Shown here in pieces: positions 57,354-64,000 of a stretch of DNA of 64,000 bases. The notes beneath the pieces were generated by a model. That model did no database searches, had not been told where the DNA came from, and saw nothing but the letters and a program-made list of their open reading frames with translations. The stretch is taken from positions 153,562 to 217,561 of the forward strand of contig JAWKJK010000003.1 in NCBI GenBank assembly GCA_041393815.1, given 5' to 3'. Both the position numbers and the translations under genes were made by a program. Source of the DNA: Candidatus Nanopelagicales bacterium. Lineage in GTDB: Bacteria; Actinomycetota; Actinomycetes; S36-B12; JAWKJK01. Numbering within the stretch: the first letter of the stretch is position 1; each line of letters starts with the position of its first letter.

Positions 57354-58351
57354 CCGGCCGAGACACCCGAGGCGGACCGCCGACGGTCCCGGCCGCAGCG
57401 GAGCAGCTGTCCCGGCTGCTGGCGCTGGTGCCGTGGCTCAGCGCCCACGACGGGGTGACGGTCGCGGAGGCGGCCGAGCACTTCGGCGTGACTCCCGACC
57501 AGCTCGAGCGGGACCTGTGGCTGCTCGTCGTCACCGGGCTGCCCGGCCACCTGCCGGACCAGCTGGTGGACATCCAGTTCTGGGACGACGGGGGACGGAT
57601 CCACGTCCTGGATCCGCAGACCCTGGGCCGGCCGCTGCGGCTGTCGCCGGACGAGGCCATGGCGCTGCTGGTCGGGCTGCGGCTGCTGGCGCAGGTGCCT
57701 GGCGACCACGACCGGGCCGCGCTCGCGTCCGCCACGGCCACGCTGGAGCGCGCGGCGGGGGACGCCGCCCACGGCAGTGCCCGGGTGCAGGTGAGCGTCG
57801 AGAGCCCGGACGTGGCGTCCGGGCCGGTGGAGCAGGCCGTGCGGGAGCGCCGCGCGCTGCGGCTGCGCTACCTCGGCGGGGCGCGCGACGAGGTCACCGA
57901 GCGGGTCGTGGACCCGCTGCGGATCCTGGTGGTGGGGGACCGGCCGTACCTGGTGGGGTGGTGCCGTCGGGCCGGGGCGGTGCGTACCTTCCGCCTCGAC
58001 CGGGTGCTCCACGCCGAGGTGCTGGCCGAGCCGGCAGCGCCCCCGCCGGACGCCGCAGTGCGATCCGTCGAGCCCGGGGGCCTGCGCCCCGAGGACGCGA
58101 CGGTCGTGACCGTCGAGCTGCGGCCGGAGGCGCGCTGGGCGGCGGACCAGCCGGCCGCCCTGTCGGCCGAGGAGACCCCGGACGGGAGTCTGCGGGTCCG
58201 GTTCGCGGTCGGCGACCCGGCCTGGATCGTGGGCCAGGCGCTGCGCTGGGGCGGCGCCGGGCGGGTCGTCGCGCCCCCCGAGGTCGTCACGGCGGTCCGG
58301 GACGCAGCCGAGGCCGCGCTCGCCGGGTACGGGGATCCTCCGGACGGCTGA
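57350..58351 (+). CDS. pafC: HTH/WYL-domain transcriptional regulator PafC
   Basis: LSRLLALVPWLSAHDGVTVAEAAEHFGVTPDQLERDLWLL. ATGA-type overlap with pafB. Confidence 0.9.
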   Translation: MTGRDTRGGPPTVPAAAEQLSRLLALVPWLSAHDGVTVAEAAEHFGVTPDQLERDLWLLVVTGLPGHLPDQLVDIQFWDDGGRIHVLDPQTLGRPLRLSPDEAMALLVGLRLLAQVPGDHDRAALASATATLERAAGDAAHGSARVQVSVESPDVASGPVEQAVRERRALRLRYLGGARDEVTERVVDPLRILVVGDRPYLVGWCRRAGAVRTFRLDRVLHAEVLAEPAAPPPDAAVRSVEPGGLRPEDATVVTVELRPEARWAADQPAALSAEETPDGSLRVRFAVGDPAWIVGQALRWGGAGRVVAPPEVVTAVRDAAEAALAGYGDPPDG

Positions 58352-58505
58352 CCCCGATCGGGACCGACGGCCCCACCTGCCGGCCGACCGGCCCCCGGAC
58401 CCTCCGGCGCTCAAGTCACCACCCGAGCCCTGCCGATGCACTCAGCGGTTCGAGCAGCACGACATTCGAGCAGCACCGCGGACGCAGGGAACGAAGGTGA
58501 GGACG

Positions 58506-58838
58506 ATGACCACCATCAAGGCCACCTGCCCCCTCTGCGGGGACGTGGACCTCGCCCCCCGTGACGTCCGGGTCGTCGATGCCCTCACCGCCGGCTGGGC
58601 CAGCTACGAGTTCACCTGCCCGCAGTGCCAGGAGCTCGTGCACAAGGGTGCCGACGCCGAGGTCGTGCAGCTGCTCGCCGGCGCCGGGGTCCGGGTCGAC
58701 CACCTCGACATCCCCGCCGAGGCCCTCGAGCCGCACGACGGGCCGCCGATCGGATACGACGACGTCCTCGACTTCGTGCTGCACCTCGGCATCGTCGACG
58801 CCCTGGCGTCGGTGGTCGCCGCCGAGATCCGCGCCTGA
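58506..58838 (+). CDS. small hypothetical protein with a CxxC...CxxC pair (zinc-ribbon-like)
   Basis: MTTIKATCPLCGDVDL...YEFTCPQCQELVHKG. AGGTGAGG SD. GTG 58497 is the alternative start. Confidence 0.55.
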   Translation: MTTIKATCPLCGDVDLAPRDVRVVDALTAGWASYEFTCPQCQELVHKGADAEVVQLLAGAGVRVDHLDIPAEALEPHDGPPIGYDDVLDFVLHLGIVDALASVVAAEIRA

Positions 58839-58880
58839 GCCGCCCGAAGGCCATCCCGGACCGTCGTCCCCCGCGAACCA

Positions 58881-58909
58881 CCGCCCCCGCCGCGTCCCGA
58901 CGGGGGCGG
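58881..58909 (+). terminator. GC-rich hairpin after the small Cys protein gene
   Basis: CCGCCCCCG, 11-nt loop, CGGGGGCGG. No U-tract. Confidence 0.35.
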
Positions 58910-59098
58910 TGACGTGTCCGGACCGGCCGCCGCGGCGACGTCTCCTAGGTCACACCGAGGATCCGTCGTACTCTGGGGTTCGCGCCCGCACCGGCGGGTG
59001 CCCACGGCAGCGCCGCACCGGCGCTGCGACACGGGTTCGGGACCGGACCCACGACCCCTGCGCCGACCCCGGCGCGTGACCGCGGAGGCTGCCCGACC

Positions 59099-59425
59099 AT
59101 GCGACTGCCCCAGGGCTGGGAGTGGCTGATCATCGTCCTGCTCATCGTGCTGCTGTTCGGCGCCAAGCGCCTGCCGGACGCCGCCCGGGGGCTGGGACGG
59201 TCGCTGCGCATCTTCAAGGCGGAGACCAAGGGCCTGGCCGAGGACACCAAGAACGCCGCCAAGGAGGACGCCACCGGTGCTGACGAGACCCCGGCCGTGA
59301 CGGCCGCGGACAAGCCGGCCGTGACCGCGGAGGCGCAGCCCGCCCCGCACGCCGCTCCGGCGCAGCCCGCGCAGCCCGCGGCCGAGGCAACCGCGGCGCC
59401 CGCGGAGCAGCGCGCCGAGGGCTGA
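59099..59425 (+). CDS. tatA: twin-arginine translocase subunit TatA/E
   Basis: [34 protein letters not shown]. Confidence 0.9.
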   Translation: MRLPQGWEWLIIVLLIVLLFGAKRLPDAARGLGRSLRIFKAETKGLAEDTKNAAKEDATGADETPAVTAADKPAVTAEAQPAPHAAPAQPAQPAAEATAAPAEQRAEG

Positions 59426-59504
59426 ACCCCGACCCGCGTCCGGCCGAGCCCGCCCTGCTGGACCGGTCGCCCGGCCGTGCCACCGGGACCCGCACCACTG
59501 ACCG

Positions 59505-59534
59505 CCCCGACCCTTCCCGCCCCGACCCTTCCCG
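59505..59534. repeat. 15-bp tandem repeat x2 in the tatA-tatC spacer
   Basis: CCCCGACCCTTCCCG twice, then a partial third unit. Confidence 0.85.
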
Positions 59535-59561
59535 CCCCGAGCCGACCATGACCGGACGTCC

Positions 59562-60491
59562 GTGACCGCCACCGAGGAGACCGCCAAGGGCGGCCGCCGT
59601 CGCTCCCCGCGCGACGACCAGGGCTCGATGACCCTGGTCGAGCACCTGCGCGAGCTGCGGACGCGGCTGGTCAAGGCCGGCCTGGCCATCCTCGTCGGCA
59701 TGGTCGTCGGGTGGATCTACTACCCGCAAATCTTCAGCTTCCTCAGCCAGCCGTTCGAAGCGGTGATCGAGCAGGCCCGCGCCGAGGGCCGCGACGTCAC
59801 CCTGGCCCTCACCGGTGTCGCCGACCCGTTCGTCCTGCAGATCCAGATCTCCGCCTTCGCCGGGCTCGTCCTGGCCGCGCCCGTGTGGCTGTACCAGCTG
59901 TGGCGCTACGTCACCCCGGGTCTGCACCGCAACGAGAAGAAGTGGGCGTACGTCTTCGCCGCGGTCGCGACGCCGCTGTTCGCCGCCGGCGTCGTGATGG
60001 CGTACGTGGTGCTGCCCTACGGCCTGCAGATCCTCTTCGGCTTCACGCCCGACGGTGTCGAGAACATCGTCTCGGTCGACAAGTACCTGTCGTTCTTCAT
60101 CCGCACCGTGCTGATCTTCGGCGTCGGCTTCCTGCTGCCGCTGCTGGTCGTGATGCTGAACTTCGCCGGCGTGCTGTCGGGCCGCAAGCTGATCTCGTGG
60201 TGGCGCGGGATCATCGTGGGCGTCTTCATCTTCGCCGCCATCGCGACCCCGACCGGGGACCCGGTCAACCTGATGCTGCTGGCCGGTCCGATCCTGCTGC
60301 TGGTCGCAGCGGCTGTCGGCATCTCGCTGCTCAACGACCGGCGACGGGCCAAGCGCCGCGGCGCCGAGCCGTCGTACGAGACGTGGGAGGACGACGAGGC
60401 GTCGCCGATGCCGGTGGTCGACCTCGACCCGGCCGACGACCTGCCCTCGGCCCTCGACGACGATCCCGAGCCGGGGCCGGACGCCCGCTGA
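59562..60491 (+). CDS. tatC: twin-arginine translocase subunit TatC
   Basis: MTLVEHLRELRTRLVKAGLAILVG and six TM helices. Confidence 0.9.
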   Translation: MTATEETAKGGRRRSPRDDQGSMTLVEHLRELRTRLVKAGLAILVGMVVGWIYYPQIFSFLSQPFEAVIEQARAEGRDVTLALTGVADPFVLQIQISAFAGLVLAAPVWLYQLWRYVTPGLHRNEKKWAYVFAAVATPLFAAGVVMAYVVLPYGLQILFGFTPDGVENIVSVDKYLSFFIRTVLIFGVGFLLPLLVVMLNFAGVLSGRKLISWWRGIIVGVFIFAAIATPTGDPVNLMLLAGPILLLVAAAVGISLLNDRRRAKRRGAEPSYETWEDDEASPMPVVDLDPADDLPSALDDDPEPGPDAR

Positions 60492-60508
60492 CGCTAGGGT
60501 GCCCGGCC

Positions 60509-61411
60509 ATGAGTGCTCGGGTGGCCCTGCTGGTGAACCCCACCTCCGGCCGCGGTCGCGGCGGCCGGCTGGCCCCCGTGGCCGCGCGTCGCCTCCTCGA
60601 TCGCGGCGTCGATGTCACCGTCCACGTGGGAGCGTCCCCCGCCGACATGGAGCGGCTGGCCCGGGAGGCGGTGGCCGACGGGGTCGACGCGGTGGTGGCC
60701 TGCGGCGGCGACGGCACCGTCAACCTGGTGCTGCAGGCGGTCGCGGGCACGCAGACCCCGCTGGGCATGGTCCCCGTCGGCACCGGGGACGACAACGCCC
60801 GCACCATGGGCATCCCGCTGGAGGACCCTGCCGCGGCGGCCGACGTGGTCGCCGACGGGTTCGTCCGCACGGTGGACGCCGCGACCGTCGAGTCCGCCGA
60901 CGGCACCCGGCGCTGGTTCGTCGGGGTGCTCAGCAGCGGCTTCGACTCCAACGTCAACGAGCGCGCGAACCGCATCTCCTGGCCCAAGGGCCAGGCCCGC
61001 TACATGGTGTCCATCCTGGGCGAGCTGCGGACGTTCCGGCCGGTGGACTACCGGGTCGTGCTCGACGACGAGGAGTTCGTCGGGCGCGGCATGCTGGTGT
61101 CGGTCGGCAACGGCATCAGCTACGGCGGCGGGATGAAGGTGTGCCCGGGCGCCGTCGTGGACGACGGGCTGCTGGACCTCACCTGGCTGCACGAGGTCGG
61201 CAAGGGCACGTTCCTCAAGGTCTTCCCCAGCGTGTTCAAGGGCACCCACGTGGACCACCCGTCGGTGACGACGCACCGGGGCCGGCGGGTCCGGATCGAG
61301 GCGGACGGGCAGATCGCCTACGCCGACGGGGAGCGGATCGGTCCGCTGCCGATCGAGGTCGAGGTGCACCCCGGCGCGCTGCGCGTCCTGGTCCCGCGAC
61401 CGACGAGCTGA
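60509..61411 (+). CDS. diacylglycerol/lipid kinase family protein
   Basis: ALLVNPTSGRGRG, ACGGDGTVN and VPVGTGDDNAR. This is the real part of track ORF 59711..61411. Confidence 0.85.
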   Translation: MSARVALLVNPTSGRGRGGRLAPVAARRLLDRGVDVTVHVGASPADMERLAREAVADGVDAVVACGGDGTVNLVLQAVAGTQTPLGMVPVGTGDDNARTMGIPLEDPAAAADVVADGFVRTVDAATVESADGTRRWFVGVLSSGFDSNVNERANRISWPKGQARYMVSILGELRTFRPVDYRVVLDDEEFVGRGMLVSVGNGISYGGGMKVCPGAVVDDGLLDLTWLHEVGKGTFLKVFPSVFKGTHVDHPSVTTHRGRRVRIEADGQIAYADGERIGPLPIEVEVHPGALRVLVPRPTS

Positions 61412-61428
61412 GGGCCTAGCCTGCGGGT

Positions 61429-64000
61429 ATGACGTCGCCGGCGGAGCGGTACGCCGCGTCGCGGCGACGGGCCCGCGAGCAGGCCACCGAGCTGCACGCG
61501 TTCCGGTCCCTGTACCCGTTCGAGCTCGACGACTTCCAGGTCGAGGCCTGCCGCGCGCTGGAGGACGGCCGCGGGGTCCTGGTGGCCGCGCCGACCGGGT
61601 CCGGCAAGACGGTCGTGGGCGAGTTCGCCGTGCACCTGGCGATCGCGTCCGGCACCAAGTGCTTCTACACCACCCCGATCAAGGCGCTGTCCAACCAGAA
61701 GTTCCACGACCTGGTCGAGCGCTACGGCCCCGAGCGCGTGGGCCTGCTCACCGGTGACAACACGATCAACGGGGAGGCCCCGGTCGTCGTGATGACGACC
61801 GAGGTGCTGCGCAACATGCTCTACGCGGGCTCCCTCACGCTGTCCGGGCTGTCGTACGTCGTCATGGACGAGGTGCACTACCTGGCCGACCGCTTCCGCG
61901 GGGCGGTATGGGAGGAGGTCCTCATCCAGCTGCCCGAGCACGTCGCCGTGGTCGCGCTGTCCGCCACGGTCAGCAACGCCGAGGAGTTCGGCGACTGGCT
62001 GCGCACCGTGCGCGGCGACACCGAGGTCGTGGTCGAGGAGCACCGCCCGGTGCCGCTGTGGCAGCACGTGATGGCCGGCCCCCGGCTGTACGACCTGTTC
62101 GTCGACGACGAGCAGACCCGGGTCAACCCCGAGCTGGTGCGCCTGGCCCGCGACGAGCAGCGCGCCGACAAGATGCGCGACGTACGGCCCCAGCGCGGTC
62201 GGCGGAGGCTACGCGGACCCAACACGCCGTCGCGGGTCGAGGTCGTGGAGCGACTGGGCCGGGAGGGCCTGCTGCCGGCGATCGTCTTCATCTTCAGCCG
62301 GGCCGGCTGCGACGCGGCGGTGCGGCAGTGCCTCGCCGCGGGGCTGCGGCTGACCGACGGACGCGAGCGGGACCGGATCCGCGCGATCGCCGAGCAGCGC
62401 TGCGTCGACCTGGCCCGCGAGGATCTGGCGGTCCTCGGCTACGGCGAGTGGCTCGACGGTCTCGAGCGCGGCATCGCCTCGCACCACGCCGGGCTCCTCC
62501 CGACGTTCAAGGAGGTCGTCGAGGAACTGTTCCAGGAGGGCCTGATCAAGGTCGTGTTCGCGACCGAGACGCTGGCCCTGGGCATCAACATGCCGGCGCG
62601 CTCGGTCGTGCTGGAACGGCTGATCAAGTGGAACGGCGAGGCGCACGTCGACATCAGCGCGGGGGAGTACACCCAGCTCACCGGGCGGGCGGGGCGCCGC
62701 GGGATCGATGTCGAGGGCCACGGGATCGTGGTCTGGTTCCCCGGCCTGGACCCCGGCAGCCTGGCCGGCCTGGCGTCGACGCGGACGTACCCGCTCCGGT
62801 CGTCGTTCCGGCCCTCGTACAACATGGCGGTCAACCTGGTCGCCCAGCTCGGCCGGCACGCCGCCCGCGAGGTGCTGGAGACGTCGTTCGCCCAGTTCCA
62901 GGCCGACCGCGCCGTCGTGGGGCTGGCCGCCCAGGTGCGCCGCAACGAGGAGGCGCTGGAGGGCTACCGCGAGGCGATGAGCTGCCACCTCGGCGACTTC
63001 GAGGAGTACGCGCGGCTGCGCAACGAGCTCAGCCAGCGGGAGCGGGAGCTGTCCAAGCACGGCGCGGCGCAACGGCGGTCCCGGGTCGCGGACTCGCTGG
63101 TGGCGCTGCGCCCCGGCGATGTGGTGTTCCTCCCGTCCGGTCGCCGTACCGGTCCGGTCGTGGTCGTGGACCGCGGGTTCGACGAGCGCAGCGGCGAGGC
63201 CCGGCCGCTGGTCGTGACGCTCGACCGGCAGCTGCGACGGGTCACGGCCGAGGAGCTGTCGGCGCCGCTGGAGTCGGTGCTGCACCTGCACCTGGGCCGC
63301 AGCTTCAGCGCCCGGTCGGCCACCGCCCGCCGGCACCTGGCGCAGCAGTTGCGCGACCGGACCCACGGGATGCACCCGCCCAAGCGCGGCCGCACCCCGT
63401 CGACGGCCGCGGACGACCAGGTGATCCGCGACCTGCGCAACGCCCTGCGGCACCACCCCTGCCACGGCTGCGACCAGCGGGAGGACCACGCGCGCTGGGC
63501 CGAGCGCTACTACCGGCTCGAGCGCGACACCGCCGCCCTGGTGCGCCGGGTGGAGAGCCGGACCAACACCATCGCCCGGCAGTTCGACCGGGTGTGCGAG
63601 GTGCTGCACGAGCTGGGCTACCTCAGCTCCGACGGCGACGACGCGGTGGTCACCGAGCCGGGACGCACCTTGATGCGGCTGTACGGCGAGTCCGACCTGC
63701 TGGCCGCGGAGTGCCTGCGGACCGGGCCGTGGGACGGCCTGGGTCCCGCCGAGCTGGCCTGCGTCGCGGCGGCGCTGGTGTACGAGGGACGGGGCGACGA
63801 CGACGAGGGGCCGCCCCGGCTGCCGGGCGGCCGGGTCCGCGAGGTGCTGCACGAGATGGTCTCGCTGTGGGGGGACCTGGACGACCTGGAGAAGCGGCAC
63901 CAGTTGTCGTTCCTGCGCGAGCCCGACCTCGGCTTCTGCTGGGCGGCGCACCGGTGGGCGTCCGGGGCCCGGCTGGAGTCGGTGCTGCTGGAGTCCGCGC
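61429..64000 (+). CDS. helY: Ski2-like DEAD/DEAH-box helicase HelY; 3' end beyond the window
   Basis: Own translation from ATG 61429: MTSPAERYAASRRR...FQVEACRALEDGRGVLVAAPTGSGKTVVGEF...TTPIKALSNQKF...VMDEVHYLADRFRG. Open to the window end, so not in the ORF track. Confidence 0.9.
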   Translation, partial: MTSPAERYAASRRRAREQATELHAFRSLYPFELDDFQVEACRALEDGRGVLVAAPTGSGKTVVGEFAVHLAIASGTKCFYTTPIKALSNQKFHDLVERYGPERVGLLTGDNTINGEAPVVVMTTEVLRNMLYAGSLTLSGLSYVVMDEVHYLADRFRGAVWEEVLIQLPEHVAVVALSATVSNAEEFGDWLRTVRGDTEVVVEEHRPVPLWQHVMAGPRLYDLFVDDEQTRVNPELVRLARDEQRADKMRDVRPQRGRRRLRGPNTPSRVEVVERLGREGLLPAIVFIFSRAGCDAAVRQCLAAGLRLTDGRERDRIRAIAEQRCVDLAREDLAVLGYGEWLDGLERGIASHHAGLLPTFKEVVEELFQEGLIKVVFATETLALGINMPARSVVLERLIKWNGEAHVDISAGEYTQLTGRAGRRGIDVEGHGIVVWFPGLDPGSLAGLASTRTYPLRSSFRPSYNMAVNLVAQLGRHAAREVLETSFAQFQADRAVVGLAAQVRRNEEALEGYREAMSCHLGDFEEYARLRNELSQRERELSKHGAAQRRSRVADSLVALRPGDVVFLPSGRRTGPVVVVDRGFDERSGEARPLVVTLDRQLRRVTAEELSAPLESVLHLHLGRSFSARSATARRHLAQQLRDRTHGMHPPKRGRTPSTAADDQVIRDLRNALRHHPCHGCDQREDHARWAERYYRLERDTAALVRRVESRTNTIARQFDRVCEVLHELGYLSSDGDDAVVTEPGRTLMRLYGESDLLAAECLRTGPWDGLGPAELACVAAALVYEGRGDDDEGPPRLPGGRVREVLHEMVSLWGDLDDLEKRHQLSFLREPDLGFCWAAHRWASGARLESVLLESA

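Noticed and set aside
19158-59534. Tandem repeats at 19158, 39785, 51130 and 59505, considered as possible CRISPR arrays.
   Set aside because: The units are directly contiguous without spacers, have only 2-4 copies, and lie in or beside ordinary genes. No cas genes are present.
2762-61100. PafBC-type RecA-NDp promoter motifs (TGTCGGTG-N8-TAnnnT), searched for by eye because pafBC is present.
   Set aside because: TGTCGGTG-like strings were seen only inside coding regions (for example about 2762, 12180 and 20170) or as TGTCGGG within family-1 repeats. None had a TAnnnT hexamer at the right spacing.

Overview
Very GC-rich actinobacterial chromosome segment; nearly every codon third position is G or C. 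Many long ORFs in the track are antisense or alternate-frame shadows, so I called genes by recognisable protein families, overlapping start/stop coupling (ATGA/GTGA) and Shine-Dalgarno (SD) sequences. From memory, the backbone is the conserved actinobacterial region that corresponds to M. tuberculosis Rv2092c-Rv2136c. Its order here is uppP, a phosphomutase/DUF3090/SCO1664-family trio, mshC, PAC2, metH, RecB-like nuclease, trmI, arc(mpa), dop, pup, prcB, prcA, pafA, pafB, pafC, tatA, tatC, helY. Several blocks look accessory relative to that backbone. (1) An int/xis/replication integrative element abuts tRNA-Leu(GAG) at the left edge. (2) A DUF222-HNH endonuclease gene broken by two frameshifts lies between the trio and mshC. 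(3) A gnd / zwf-pgi block plus secreted protease and lipoprotein genes. (4) A scarred island after metH carries a degenerate copy of an internal metH fragment, a secreted beta-propeller protein and duplicated palindromes. (5) A two-component system plus a DUF2202 gene sits between arc and dop, bracketed by inverted copies of a structured repeat. (6) A five-gene minus-strand redox module lies between dop and pup: ferredoxin, NuoF-like protein, ferric-reductase-like membrane protein, ApbE and a low-complexity secreted protein. No FMN-binding acceptor domain is visible in it. At least five families of long perfect or near-perfect intergenic palindromes are present; one has five copies in the window. 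pafB has no canonical start codon upstream of its HTH. There are no rRNA genes, CRISPR arrays or recognisable transposases. All family assignments come from reading the translations, not from database searches.
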